This document shows positions 26,709 through 36,981 of a DNA stretch of 64,000 bases, piece by piece. The notes below the pieces were generated by a model. That model searched no databases. It saw only the letters and a program-made list of their open reading frames with translations, and was not told the origin of the DNA. Numbering within the stretch: position 1 is the stretch's first letter; each line of letters begins with the position of its first letter. The translations under genes were made by a program, and so were the position numbers. The DNA comes from an uncultured Anaerolineales bacterium. Lineage in GTDB: Bacteria > Chloroflexota > Anaerolineae > Anaerolineales > UBA11858. The DNA lies in assembly GCA_964621835.1 (NCBI GenBank), contig CAZUMA010000002.1:179584-243583 (forward strand), given 5' to 3'.

Positions 26709-28730
26709 ATGAAAACTGAGTTTGCACTGGCATTAAAGCAGGTCATTACGGATAAAAACCTACCGGAAGAGATCATTATAGATGCGCTTAAAGACGCCAT
26801 GGTCTCCGCTTACAGGCGGTCTGTTAATGCTTCCAGCGCTCAAAAGGTGGAAGCCGAGGTCGATCTGGAAACGGGTGATGTCACCGTATTCGTTGAGAAA
26901 GAGGTCGTGGATGACGTCCAGGACGATCGCACAGAGGTGACCCTGGTTGAGGCCAAAAAATACAATCCAGAGACAGAATACGGGGATCTGGAAATGGTGG
27001 AGAGCACGCCGCGCGATTTTGGTCGTGTAGCTGCTCAAACTGCCCGCCAGGTCATCCAGCAGCGCATTCGCCAGGCAGAACGCCAGGCGCAGTATGAGTT
27101 TTACAGTGACAAGGTGGGAGAAATTGTGACCGGCGTGGTCCAGGCGGTCCACAGGCATGAGCTCACCATCGGTTTGAACATTAACGCTGAGGGAAAAATG
27201 CCCCGCAGCCAGCAGATACCCCGGGAGCACTACCGGGTTCATGATCGCATCCGGGCTTTGCTGCTTGACATTGAGGAGACAACTCGGGAACCGCGGATTA
27301 TTCTCTCTCGCGCCCACCGGGATTTTTTGCGTCGTTTGCTGGAAAATGAGGTCCCGGAGATTTACCAGGGATTAGTTGAAATTCGCTCGATTGCCCGCGA
27401 AGCAGGCTACCGCTCAAAGGTCGCCGTTGCAGCCCTGAAACCGGGAGTGGACCCGGTTGGCGCTTGTGTCGGGGTCCGCGGTGTGCGTATCCAGGCTATT
27501 GTCAGGGAATTGAGCGATGAGAAAATTGATGTCATTGAATGGAATCCAAATACGGATGAATACATTGCCAAGGCGCTCAGCCCTGCCAGGGTGCTCAGTG
27601 TCTTTTTGAATAAAGAAACCGACGCCATGCCCACAGCCACCGTGGTTGTTCCGGAAGATCAGCTCAGCCTGGCGATCGGGCGGAATGGACAGAATGCACG
27701 GCTGGCAGCGAAACTGACCGGCTGGCGGATTGATATCAAAGGTTTATTTGAGGCCACCTCAGACACGCTCTTCCGCCTCCATAACGATCCCAATTATCGG
27801 GAATACCTGGAAGATGAATCTGAGGTAATCCCCAAAATCGAAGCGGTGATGGCGAAAAAGGATGAGGGCAGGCCGATCTCTCCGGAAGAATACAGAGAAC
27901 TGCATTATTTCAACAGCCGCGTTGAGGCTGCTATTGCAGAGAAGAAAATGGAACTTGCCAAGCGGCGGCAGGCGCGGATCAAAGCCGTTAAGGAAGCCGT
28001 CCCGGCGGATGCTTACGAATTACCCATCATGACCCTGGGTCTGCCGACAAAAGTAGAGAACCTGCTGCTGGATGCCGATTTGGATAGTGTTGGCAAACTG
28101 GCCTACCGGCTCTTGCTGATTCCGGACTCCTTATTGGAAATCGACGGCATCGGGCCAACCTACGTGGAAAAGATTGAAAAAGCGCTGAAGGTGATGGTAG
28201 GGTATGAGCCGCTCCCCGAAGAACTGGATGTGGATATGAGCCAGTTTGGGAAGGAGGTCGCCATTCCCGCTCCGGTTCCTCCCGCCCAGAAAGAGCCCGA
28301 ACCCGAGAAGGAACAGGAAGAGCCAAAAGACGAAACTGAGCAGGCGGCTGAGGGCTCTCCCCCGGAGCAGACCACAGATGATGCCCCGGCAGAGGCAGCC
28401 GAAGACAGGGAGTCTGAGGAAGAGGAAGCGCTTGAAGCCGGGGAGGCAGAGGCTGAGGATCTTATCCCTGCGGATGCCTATGACCTGCCTATTCTGACCC
28501 TGGGGCTCAGCCCTGATGTGGAGTCCCTCCTCCAGGAAAATGGATGGGAAAATGTTGGTCAGCTGGCTGCACAATTTCAAAAAGCGCCGCAAGAGATCGG
28601 AGAAATTGAAGGGATCAATGAGGATGAATTAGATGAGATCCTGAATGCCATTGAGGTCATGGTGGGCTTCAGGCCAGAGCCCCTTCAGAGTGTGGATGAG
28701 GAACAGGAAGGACCCTCGGAGGATGTCTGA
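26709..28730 (+). CDS. nusA: Transcription termination/antitermination factor NusA with an extended C-terminal region
   Basis: NTD, S1 (GEIVTGVVQAV) and KH domains (ARLAAKLTGWRIDIKG). Beyond these are two alpha-CTD/HhH-like modules separated by an acidic linker. The ATG at 26709 is preceded by GGAGAG. Confidence 0.95.
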   Translation: MKTEFALALKQVITDKNLPEEIIIDALKDAMVSAYRRSVNASSAQKVEAEVDLETGDVTVFVEKEVVDDVQDDRTEVTLVEAKKYNPETEYGDLEMVESTPRDFGRVAAQTARQVIQQRIRQAERQAQYEFYSDKVGEIVTGVVQAVHRHELTIGLNINAEGKMPRSQQIPREHYRVHDRIRALLLDIEETTREPRIILSRAHRDFLRRLLENEVPEIYQGLVEIRSIAREAGYRSKVAVAALKPGVDPVGACVGVRGVRIQAIVRELSDEKIDVIEWNPNTDEYIAKALSPARVLSVFLNKETDAMPTATVVVPEDQLSLAIGRNGQNARLAAKLTGWRIDIKGLFEATSDTLFRLHNDPNYREYLEDESEVIPKIEAVMAKKDEGRPISPEEYRELHYFNSRVEAAIAEKKMELAKRRQARIKAVKEAVPADAYELPIMTLGLPTKVENLLLDADLDSVGKLAYRLLLIPDSLLEIDGIGPTYVEKIEKALKVMVGYEPLPEELDVDMSQFGKEVAIPAPVPPAQKEPEPEKEQEEPKDETEQAAEGSPPEQTTDDAPAEAAEDRESEEEEALEAGEAEAEDLIPADAYDLPILTLGLSPDVESLLQENGWENVGQLAAQFQKAPQEIGEIEGINEDELDEILNAIEVMVGFRPEPLQSVDEEQEGPSEDV

Positions 28731-28736
28731 GGAAGG

Positions 28737-29021
28737 ATGGCTAGAAAAAAACACATCCCGCAGCGAATGTGTATTGCTTGTCGGGAGAGCCAGGCGAAAA
28801 AGACGCTGATCCGGCTGGTCCGAACCCCTGACGGGATAGTTGTGGACCCTACCGGGAAACTGCCTGGCCGGGGCTCATACCTGCATGCAGATCCTGATTG
28901 CTGGGAGATCGGATTGAAAAACGCCTTAGCAAGATCTCTCAACTGTGAATTGAACATAGAGGATCGTCAACGAATACGCCTGGAGCTCGAAGCCCTTCAG
29001 AAGGAGCTGGCCGGCAGGTGA
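28737..29021 (+). CDS. ylxR: YlxR/RnpM-family (DUF448) RNA-binding protein
   Basis: RMCIACRESQAKKTLIRLV...GRGSYLH motif. Canonical position between nusA and infB. Confidence 0.9.
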   Translation: MARKKHIPQRMCIACRESQAKKTLIRLVRTPDGIVVDPTGKLPGRGSYLHADPDCWEIGLKNALARSLNCELNIEDRQRIRLELEALQKELAGR

Positions 29022-29065
29022 ATTGAGCAGAGGGGAATATTCTGGAAATTGTCAAGGAAGACTAC

Positions 29066-30871
29066 ATGAGTGAAAACGGGAAAGAGAACAAACAAATTGA
29101 ACTTCCCATCAGTATTACTGTCCGGGAGCTGGCCCAAGCGCTGGATGCCAGTCCAATTGATGTCATCAAAACGTTGATGGCCAATGGGATGATGGCAAAT
29201 ATCAATCAGGAGATTGATTACGATACAGCAGCAATTGTCTCAGCAGAAATGGGATTTGAGGCTGTTCCTCAGCAGGTGGATGATCAGGAAGCAGGGGAGG
29301 CTGTCGCGATCCCCCTCTGGCGTCAGAGAATGCTGGAGGAGGACGAGGAGGATCTGGAAAAAAGACCGCCGGTTGTGGCCATCCTAGGTCATGTGGATCA
29401 TGGGAAAACAACCCTGCTGGATGCGATCCGCCAGACATCGGTAGCATCCGGGGAGGCGGGAGGGATTACCCAGCATATCGGTGCATACCAGGTCGAACAT
29501 GACGGTAAACCGATCACATTTTTGGATACCCCAGGACATGCTGCCTTTACTGCCATGCGGGCCCGGGGAGCCCAGGGGGCGGATATTGTCATACTCGTGA
29601 TCGCCGCAGATGATGGGGTGATGCCTCAGACTGAGGAGGCGATTGCCCACACCCGGGCTGCTGATGTGACCATGATTGTTGCCCTCAACAAAATTGATAA
29701 ATCCAATGCAGATCCTGAGATGGTCAAACAGCAGCTTTCTGAAATTGGGATCGTCCCGGATGAGTGGGATGGAGACACGATCATTGTCCCTCTTTCAGCA
29801 ACGGAAAAAACCGGGATTGAAGACCTGCTGGAAGCAATCCTGCTGGTTGCAGACGATATGGAAATCCTGGCCAATCCCATCGGGGATGTGTTTGGCACAG
29901 TGATTGAGGCTGAGATCACCCGCAACCGGGGGGTGATGACCACCCTCTTGGTCCAGAATGGAACCCTGGAGGTCGGGGACGCCGTGATTGCTGGCACAGC
30001 CTGCGGCAGGATTAAAGCGATGTTTGATTTCCGGGGTGCAAAAATTGACCAGGCAGGTCCATCCGTGCCAGTTTCAGTGATGGGTTTGGGTGATGTTCCC
30101 CAGGCGGGGGAGCTTTTTACCCGCGTTGAAAATGAAAAAACTGCCCGGGAAATGGCTGAGGAACGGAAGCTGAAGGCGGAGCAGATCGCTTCAGAACAGG
30201 ACCAGGCAGCCAGTCTGGAACAGCTGTTTGAACGGGTCCAGGCGGGAGAGGAAGATGAACTGCGGCTGGTGATCAAGGCAGATGTGCAGGGATCGCTGGA
30301 GCCGATTGTTTCCTCGGTAAAAGACCTCAAAAGCGGGGGGGAGCAGGAAATCGGCGTGAAGATTATTCACACCGGCACCGGGCAAATTGGTGAAAATGAC
30401 ATCATGCTTGCCTCCGCAACGGATGCGATCGTGATTGGGTTTAACGTGGACGCGGACAATGCTGCCAAACGCGCTGCGGATACAGAAAAGGTCTCCATCA
30501 GAACCTACAGCATCATCTACAACCTGATCGATGATATTGAGAAGGCTCTCAAAGGGATGTTGGAACCCGTCGAGAAGAAGATCTTGATCGGACGCGCTGA
30601 CGTCCTGGCGGTCTTCCCTTCGGGTCGTTTCAAGCAGGTCGCCGGATGCCGGGTGGAAAAAGGGGAGATCCGCCGCAATGCAAAAATCCGTGTGGTCCGG
30701 GATGGAAAAGTCGTTTTTGATGGGGAGATCGATTCCTTGAAACGCCATCAGGATGATGTCACAGAGGTTCGAAAAGGGTTTGAATGCGGGGTGGGCATCC
30801 GGGGGTTCTCCGAGTTTGAGGAGGGGGATGTCCTGGAGAGTTATGTGATTGAGATGGTTTCGGAGGTATAG
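29066..30871 (+). CDS. infB: Translation initiation factor IF-2 (short N-terminal form)
   Basis: G-domain motifs [26 protein letters not shown], and the conserved C-terminal domains. Confidence 0.97.
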   Translation: MSENGKENKQIELPISITVRELAQALDASPIDVIKTLMANGMMANINQEIDYDTAAIVSAEMGFEAVPQQVDDQEAGEAVAIPLWRQRMLEEDEEDLEKRPPVVAILGHVDHGKTTLLDAIRQTSVASGEAGGITQHIGAYQVEHDGKPITFLDTPGHAAFTAMRARGAQGADIVILVIAADDGVMPQTEEAIAHTRAADVTMIVALNKIDKSNADPEMVKQQLSEIGIVPDEWDGDTIIVPLSATEKTGIEDLLEAILLVADDMEILANPIGDVFGTVIEAEITRNRGVMTTLLVQNGTLEVGDAVIAGTACGRIKAMFDFRGAKIDQAGPSVPVSVMGLGDVPQAGELFTRVENEKTAREMAEERKLKAEQIASEQDQAASLEQLFERVQAGEEDELRLVIKADVQGSLEPIVSSVKDLKSGGEQEIGVKIIHTGTGQIGENDIMLASATDAIVIGFNVDADNAAKRAADTEKVSIRTYSIIYNLIDDIEKALKGMLEPVEKKILIGRADVLAVFPSGRFKQVAGCRVEKGEIRRNAKIRVVRDGKVVFDGEIDSLKRHQDDVTEVRKGFECGVGIRGFSEFEEGDVLESYVIEMVSEV

Positions 30872-30879
30872 GATCGGGT

Positions 30880-31257
30880 ATGGTTTCAGAAAAACGGTCT
30901 ATCAGGATAGCGGATCGAATCAACCGGGAGCTTTCCCTGCTCTTTATTCAAGAGATCAGTGATCCGCGTTTGGATAATGTTTCCATCACGGAAGTTAAGG
31001 TGGATCGTGAATTATCTTTTGCAGATATTTATGTCACCTCCCTTGTTGGACAAGAAGAGCGGGGCGAAATTCTAAAAGCACTCAAACATGCCGCAGGATT
31101 CATCCGGTCCCAGCTGGCGGCCAGCCTCTCCCATCTCAGATCGTTTCCTGATCTTCGCTTTCACTGGGATCCAGTCCCGGAGCGGGTGGACCGGATCGAT
31201 CAGATCATTGCTGAACTTGAAGAAGAAGAGGGAGAGATAGAGGAGCCGGATGAGTAA
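30880..31257 (+). CDS. rbfA: Ribosome-binding factor A
   Basis: RIADRINRELSLLF...ITEVKVDRELSFADIYV. Acidic C-terminal tail. Operon position after infB. Confidence 0.93.
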   Translation: MVSEKRSIRIADRINRELSLLFIQEISDPRLDNVSITEVKVDRELSFADIYVTSLVGQEERGEILKALKHAAGFIRSQLAASLSHLRSFPDLRFHWDPVPERVDRIDQIIAELEEEEGEIEEPDE

Positions 31258-32233
31258 CGCTGCTGTCAAAAAATTGGGGGAGAAGATTACCAGGGCTGAT
31301 CGAGTATTGCTCCTCTCACATATTCGGCCGGATGGGGATGCTGTGGGGTCGCTGCTGGGCCTTGGTTTAGCCCTCGAAGCCCAGGGAAAGGAGGTAAACC
31401 TGGTCCTGGAGGACGGTGTCCCGATCGTGTTTCAGCACCTGCCGGCCGCAGACCGGGTCTACCGGGAACCGGCAGGGATCTATGATTTGGTGATCGTCTT
31501 AGACTGCTCCGATGTCAGCCGGGTTGGTGAGGTTTTAGATGCGTACGGCCAGCCGGATGTCAATATTGACCATCACCCTACCAACACCAGGTTTGCCCGC
31601 ATGAACATTGTCCGGGAAGAGGCGGTGGCGACAGCCGAGATTATTTATGATCTCCTGGTGAAGTTATCGATTCCTCTCAGCCAGCCAATCGCTGAGGACC
31701 TGCTGACCGGGATCATTACCGATAGCCTGGGGTTCCGGACATCGAATACATCCCCAAAAGCGCTTCGAACCGCGGCGGCTTTACAGGAATTGGGGGCCGA
31801 TTTGCCCGATCTCTATACCCGGGCATTATTGCTGAAATCAATTGAATCGGTACGGTACTGGGCTCAGGGCTTACTAAAAATTAAAAAAGAAAAACAGGTG
31901 GTCTGGACGAGCCTCAGCCTGGAAGACAGAAAAGCTGCAAATTATTCCGGTCGAGATGATGCGGATTTGATCAATGTGCTTTCCACCATCACGGATACGG
32001 TAGTCAGCATTGTTTTTGTCGAGCAGCGTGATGGAACTGTGAAAGTCAGCTGGCGGGCAAAACCCGGGTTTGATGTGGCTAAGACAGCCATGGAATTCGG
32101 CGGAGGCGGGCATAAACCAGCCGCAGGCGCCTCAATAAAAGGCAAGCTGGAGGATGTGGTCCGTGCTGTTGTTGAGACCACAACAGCAGCGTTAGAAGAT
32201 GAGTTCTCGCCGGCAAATGTTAGCGGTGTTTAG
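31250..32233 (+). CDS. nrnA: DHH/DHHA1 phosphoesterase, NrnA-like oligoribonuclease / pAp phosphatase
   Basis: LLLSHIRPDGDAVGS, NIDHHPTN, GGGHKPAAGA. Its start overlaps the end of rbfA. Confidence 0.8.
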   Translation: MSNAAVKKLGEKITRADRVLLLSHIRPDGDAVGSLLGLGLALEAQGKEVNLVLEDGVPIVFQHLPAADRVYREPAGIYDLVIVLDCSDVSRVGEVLDAYGQPDVNIDHHPTNTRFARMNIVREEAVATAEIIYDLLVKLSIPLSQPIAEDLLTGIITDSLGFRTSNTSPKALRTAAALQELGADLPDLYTRALLLKSIESVRYWAQGLLKIKKEKQVVWTSLSLEDRKAANYSGRDDADLINVLSTITDTVVSIVFVEQRDGTVKVSWRAKPGFDVAKTAMEFGGGGHKPAAGASIKGKLEDVVRAVVETTTAALEDEFSPANVSGV

Positions 32234-32247
32234 GAGATGGGGAGATA

Positions 32248-33168
32248 TTGATGATGTCACAGAATGATCAATTAAGGGATTTTGTCACCGGGGCCTTGGT
32301 GATCGATAAACCGGTTGGGATGACCTCGCACGATGTGGTTAAAGTAGTCCGCCAGGGCACGGGAATCCGGAGGGCTGGTCATACCGGAACCCTGGATCCC
32401 AGGGCTTCTGGGGTGCTGGTGGTTTTAATTGGACCGGCCGTCCGGTTAAGTGAGTTCCTGTCAGCTTCCGATAAAAGGTACCAGGCGATCATCAAATTTG
32501 GGATCGCCACGGATACTTATGACACGGAAGGGAAACAGGTGGGCGAAACCAAAACGGTGGATCACATTACCGAAGCGGACTTTCATAGTTTATTGGATGA
32601 TTATGAAGGAAAGATCGCCCAGGTTCCCCCGGCACATTCTGCGGTAAAGGTCCAGGGGGAGAAAGCCTACGAGAAAGCGCGCCGGGGAGAAGAATTCGAA
32701 CTGGAAACCCGCATGATCGACGTCTACAACCTGGAGCTCCTGGAGTGGGCGCCTCCAGAGGCGGTCATCGATGTCTATGCATCCTCTGGAACCTATGTGC
32801 GCTCGCTGGCCAATGACCTTGGAAATGATCTTGAAGTAGGAGCTCACCTGACCGGGCTGCGCCGAACAAAAAATGGCCAGTTCACCCTTCGCGACGCTGT
32901 GCGCCTGCAGGAGCTGCAGGATTCATTTGAAGCAGGGGATTGGTATAAACACCTGATCCCCGCTGCGGAGACCTTATCGGATTGGTATACCATCACGCTC
33001 AGCCCGGAAGAAACCGAGTTGATCAAACACGGGCACAGGATTCCTGCAGAACCAGAGGAAAGCGGCTGGGCGAGGGGGTTGAGCGAACAAGGGGACCTGA
33101 TCGCCTTATTAGAAGTGCTGGAGGATGAGCAGGTCTGGCAACCAAGAAAAGTCTTTATCACAACCTGA
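32248..33168 (+). CDS. truB: tRNA pseudouridine(55) synthase
   Basis: GALVIDKPVGMTSHDVV and the catalytic GHTGTLDPRASGVL. Confidence 0.95.
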   Translation: MMMSQNDQLRDFVTGALVIDKPVGMTSHDVVKVVRQGTGIRRAGHTGTLDPRASGVLVVLIGPAVRLSEFLSASDKRYQAIIKFGIATDTYDTEGKQVGETKTVDHITEADFHSLLDDYEGKIAQVPPAHSAVKVQGEKAYEKARRGEEFELETRMIDVYNLELLEWAPPEAVIDVYASSGTYVRSLANDLGNDLEVGAHLTGLRRTKNGQFTLRDAVRLQELQDSFEAGDWYKHLIPAAETLSDWYTITLSPEETELIKHGHRIPAEPEESGWARGLSEQGDLIALLEVLEDEQVWQPRKVFITT

Positions 33169-33187
33169 GTTCAAAAGAGCGGAGACT

Positions 33188-34117
33188 ATGGCTGCCCATT
33201 CCCACTCCCTGGATCACATCCATCTCCCGGCATCCCTTTTGACCATCGGAACCTTCGATGGGGTCCACCGCGGACATCAATTGATTATCCATTCCCTGGT
33301 GGAGCAGGCTCGAGCGCTGCAGCAGCCAGCAGTCGTGGTTACTTTTCATCCCCATCCTGCGCTCGTGCTCAGCGGTAGGCAGCAATCCTACTACCTCACC
33401 CTTCCAGAACAACGGGCAGCGCTGTTATCTGACCTGGGGGTAGATTATGTGATCACCTATCCTTTCAGCATGGACACAGTTCAATTGTCTGCAGAACAGT
33501 TTATCTCCCGGCTTCACCACCATCTTCATTTTACCCGGCTGGTGGTTGGGCATGACTTTGCACTGGGAAAGGACCGGGAGGGTAATGCGTCCCGGTTGGC
33601 TGAGTTAGGAGAGAAGTACCGTTATACCTTAGAGCGGGTTCCGGCTGTTACCCTGCATGGAAAAAAGGTTTCTTCCAGCCTGATTCGGGAGCTTTTAGAG
33701 GCTGGTGAGGTGGAGCGGGCCGCTGAATATTTGGGTCGTCCCTTTTCTTTATCCGGTGAGGTTGTTGTGGGGGATCGCAGGGGCAAGAGCCTGGGATTCC
33801 CAACCTCAAATCTTGACATCCCCGGAGAGATGGTTTCTTTGCGTTCGGGCGTGTATGCCTGTTTTGCTGAGGTTGAGAACCAGCAGTGGCAGGCTGTCAC
33901 CAATATCGGCTACCGACCGACGTTTGGAATGAATGAGGGCCGGGCGCATGTTGAGGCGCATCTGCTGGGCTTCAGTAAAGATATTTATGGGGAACAGGTA
34001 GGGCTGGATTTTATTTCCCGTTTACGGGATGAGAAGCGGTTTAATGGAGTGGGAGAGCTGCAGGATCAAATATCCCAGGATATTGCCAAGGCCAAGCAAA
34101 TTTTACAGGACGTTTGA
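33188..34117 (+). CDS. ribF: Bifunctional riboflavin kinase / FMN adenylyltransferase
   Basis: TIGTFDGVHRGHQ, LGFPTSNL, and the C-terminal kinase domain. The ATG at 33188 is preferred over the listed 33125, which overlaps truB. Confidence 0.93.
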   Translation: MAAHSHSLDHIHLPASLLTIGTFDGVHRGHQLIIHSLVEQARALQQPAVVVTFHPHPALVLSGRQQSYYLTLPEQRAALLSDLGVDYVITYPFSMDTVQLSAEQFISRLHHHLHFTRLVVGHDFALGKDREGNASRLAELGEKYRYTLERVPAVTLHGKKVSSSLIRELLEAGEVERAAEYLGRPFSLSGEVVVGDRRGKSLGFPTSNLDIPGEMVSLRSGVYACFAEVENQQWQAVTNIGYRPTFGMNEGRAHVEAHLLGFSKDIYGEQVGLDFISRLRDEKRFNGVGELQDQISQDIAKAKQILQDV

Positions 34118-34123
34118 CTATCC

Positions 34124-34151
34124 TTGCGCTCTTGATCCTCTTTGGTATAAT
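34124..34151 (+). promoter_or_regulatory. Sigma-70-type promoter for rpsO
   Basis: TTGCGC, a 16-nt spacer, then TGgTATAAT (consensus -10 at 34146-34151 with extended TG). Confidence 0.55.
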
Positions 34152-34248
34152 TTCCGTGCTGACTAGACCATTCCCCGGCATCGGCTAGGGTCTCGGAGAC
34201 CTGCTAGAAAGCAAAATCCAGAATCATTATCAGGAGATAGCAGACGTC

Positions 34249-34521
34249 ATGACCATTGCAAAAGAACAGAAACAAGCCATCGTGAATGAATTTGGCCGTC
34301 ATCAGGATGATACGGGTTCACCGGAAGTCCAGATCGCGATGCTGACCACCAGAATTTCTGAACTCACTGGGCATCTTCAAGAACATACCCATGATGAATC
34401 TTCTCGTCGCGGGTTATTGAAGATGGTTGGAAAGCGGCGCCGACTGCTCGCCTACTTACGCCGGGAAGATTACCAGCGCTATATCGCGATCAGTGACCGG
34501 TTGGGTTTGCGAAGGAAATAG
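34249..34521 (+). CDS. rpsO: 30S ribosomal protein S15
   Basis: [48 protein letters not shown]. Confidence 0.97.
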   Translation: MTIAKEQKQAIVNEFGRHQDDTGSPEVQIAMLTTRISELTGHLQEHTHDESSRRGLLKMVGKRRRLLAYLRREDYQRYIAISDRLGLRRK

Positions 34522-34531
34522 GCACTCTGAG

Positions 34532-34576
34532 CCGAGTAAATGGAGGAGGTTCTTGCCATTTGCTCGGTTTCTTTTT
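34532..34576 (+). terminator. Intrinsic terminator after rpsO
   Basis: CCGAGTAAATGG-(12 nt)-CCATTTGCTCGG (12 bp including one G-U pair) followed by TTTCTTTTT. Confidence 0.75.
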
Positions 34577-34775
34577 CAGGACTTCTCCAGACCAGGGAGA
34601 ATGCCGGTTGAATGCGGCGAAGGCCCGTGGAGGGTCGGCCAATGGGGGAAGCAAGCTGGGGATGCTGGATGACCTCAGAAGGGCAAATTAGGGTAAATTG
34701 CTGAAAATCATACAATCATACGTAGTTAAACCAAACCAAAACCATAGTGATCCATGGCTTCCTGTCAGGTTGGGC

Positions 34776-34817
34776 ATTGGGAGCTGCAGACCCGTTTTCG
34801 GTTCTGCAGCTCCCAAT
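34776..34817 (+). promoter_or_regulatory. Long perfect hairpin in the pnp leader (candidate RNase III / autoregulatory site)
   Basis: ATTGGGAGCTGCAGA-(12 nt)-TCTGCAGCTCCCAAT, a 15-bp perfect stem ending 35 nt upstream of the pnp ATG. Confidence 0.6.
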
Positions 34818-34851
34818 CCCTGACCCAAGGGAACTGTGGTAGGAGGAACAG

Positions 34852-36981
34852 ATGAAACCAGAACCAAAACGCTACCAGACAAAGGTCCAGGAGAAAGAAG
34901 TCCTATTTGAGACCGGGGTCTTAGCAGAGCAGGCCGGGGGGGCAGTCACAGTCCGCATTGGGAATGCGGTGATGCTCAGTGCAGCAACCATGAGCGATGA
35001 TGCTCGTGAGGGAATCGATTTCTTTCCGCTGACAGTGAATTATGAGGCTCGGATGTATGCCGGGGGGCTGATCCCGGGGGGATTTTTCCGCCGGGAAGGC
35101 CGTCCAGGGGAGGAAGCCACGCTCACAGCCAGGTTGATTGACCGACCGCTGCGGCCTCTCTTTCCAAAAGATCTTCGAAATGCAGTCCAGCTGATCCTCT
35201 ATTCCTTATCCGCAGATGAAGTCCAACCGCTGGATGTGTTGGGATTGAACGCGGCCTCAGCTTCCCTGATGGTCTCGGATATTCCCTGGCAGGGTCCCAT
35301 TGGCGGCATCCGTGTGGGTCGAATTAATGGGGAATACATCGCCTTTCCGACATTCAGTGAGATTGAACAATCTGACCTGGATTTAGTGATGGCGGGCAGC
35401 CGGGATGCGATCCTGATGGTGGAGAGCGGAGCGGATGAGGTCAGCGAAGAGGTTATCCTCGGAGCACTGGAATTCGGCCACCAGTCCATCCAGGATTTAA
35501 TCGTCCTGCAGGAAAAAATGGCCGCTGAATTGGCAAAGCCCAAAAAGCAATATCAATCATTTGGGATCAGTGACGATCTGAAGCAAACTGTTGAAAATCA
35601 AGCCTATGATCAGCTGGTGAACATCCTGGCTGAGGGGCATGAAAAAACTTCCTTGAAAGAGGCGGTCAACCAGGTTCGCGATAGCCTGATTGCCGATTTA
35701 TCAGCAGAGGATGAATCTCTCGCCGGGGATGTCAAGGGTGCTTTTGAGGATGTCTATAAAAAAGCGATCCGCACCAGGATTTTGGAGAAAGGGCTCCGGC
35801 CGGATGGTCGTGATGCAAAAACCATTCGCCCCGTGTGGTGTGAGGTTGACAACAGCCCGCGCGCCCATGGGTCAGCCATCTTTACGCGCGGTCAAACTCA
35901 GGTGATGACCCTGACCACCCTCGGCACTCCCCGAGAGGCCCAGATGATCGATAATCTGACGCCCCAGGAAACCAAACGGTATATGCATCACTACAACTTC
36001 CCGCCTTTTTCGGTTGGAGAGGTGCGCTATTTACGCGGCACTTCCCGCCGGGAGGTCGGGCATGGGGCGCTGGCAGAACGGGCCCTGCTGCCGGTGATCC
36101 CTGCAGAAGAGGACTTTCCCTACACACTCCGGCTTGTGTCCGAGGTGCTTTCTTCAAATGGGTCGTCCTCCATGGCTTCCGTATGCGGGTCCACCCTTTC
36201 CTTAATGGACACCGGTGTGCCTATCAAGGCTCCTGTCTCCGGGGTGGCAATGGGTTTGGTGAAAGAAGATGACCGCTATGCGATCCTGACAGATATCCTG
36301 GGCTTGGAAGATCATGTGGGAGATATGGATTTCAAAGTCGCGGGGACAGAGAAAGGGATTACAGCACTCCAAATGGATATCAAGCTGAAAGGGTTGTCCT
36401 CTGAGATTATGGCTGAAGCGTTAGCCCAGGCGAAGGATGCCCGGAATTCCATCTTGAATAAAATGATGGAGGTTATTCCTGCTCCGCGCCCGGATCTGAA
36501 ACCCCACGTACCCAGACTGCAGGCGATCCGCATTCCTGTTGATAAAATTGGTGCGGTGATTGGACCTGGTGGGAAGACAATCCGGGATATCCAGGAAGAA
36601 ACCGGCGCCCGGATTGACATTGATGATGATGGTCTGGTCTATATTGCCTCAGATGATGGGGAAAGCGCCCGGATGGCCCGGGAGCGCGTCGAATCCCTGA
36701 CTGCAAAACCTGAAGTAGGCCGAATCTACACCGGAAAAGTTGTTGGTGTCAAGAATTTTGGCGCCTTTGTGGAAATCCTCCCTGGTGTGGATGGTTTGGT
36801 ACACATCTCCCAGCTGGAAACCAGCCATGTAAAAAACGTTGAGGATGTGGTTGAATACGGCGATGAAATCACCGTGATGGTGACCGACATCAGCAAGGAC
36901 GGCAAAATTCGACTTTCCCGTCAGGCTGTGCTGGAAGGCTGGACCCTCGATGAAGCCCAGCAAGCGGACAGAAAGCCCTGA
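34852..36981 (+). CDS. pnp: Polyribonucleotide nucleotidyltransferase (PNPase)
   Basis: Two RNase PH domains (FPPFSVGE...), a KH domain, and an S1 domain (GRIYTGKVVGVKNFGAFVEI). Confidence 0.97.
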   Translation: MKPEPKRYQTKVQEKEVLFETGVLAEQAGGAVTVRIGNAVMLSAATMSDDAREGIDFFPLTVNYEARMYAGGLIPGGFFRREGRPGEEATLTARLIDRPLRPLFPKDLRNAVQLILYSLSADEVQPLDVLGLNAASASLMVSDIPWQGPIGGIRVGRINGEYIAFPTFSEIEQSDLDLVMAGSRDAILMVESGADEVSEEVILGALEFGHQSIQDLIVLQEKMAAELAKPKKQYQSFGISDDLKQTVENQAYDQLVNILAEGHEKTSLKEAVNQVRDSLIADLSAEDESLAGDVKGAFEDVYKKAIRTRILEKGLRPDGRDAKTIRPVWCEVDNSPRAHGSAIFTRGQTQVMTLTTLGTPREAQMIDNLTPQETKRYMHHYNFPPFSVGEVRYLRGTSRREVGHGALAERALLPVIPAEEDFPYTLRLVSEVLSSNGSSSMASVCGSTLSLMDTGVPIKAPVSGVAMGLVKEDDRYAILTDILGLEDHVGDMDFKVAGTEKGITALQMDIKLKGLSSEIMAEALAQAKDARNSILNKMMEVIPAPRPDLKPHVPRLQAIRIPVDKIGAVIGPGGKTIRDIQEETGARIDIDDDGLVYIASDDGESARMARERVESLTAKPEVGRIYTGKVVGVKNFGAFVEILPGVDGLVHISQLETSHVKNVEDVVEYGDEITVMVTDISKDGKIRLSRQAVLEGWTLDEAQQADRKP

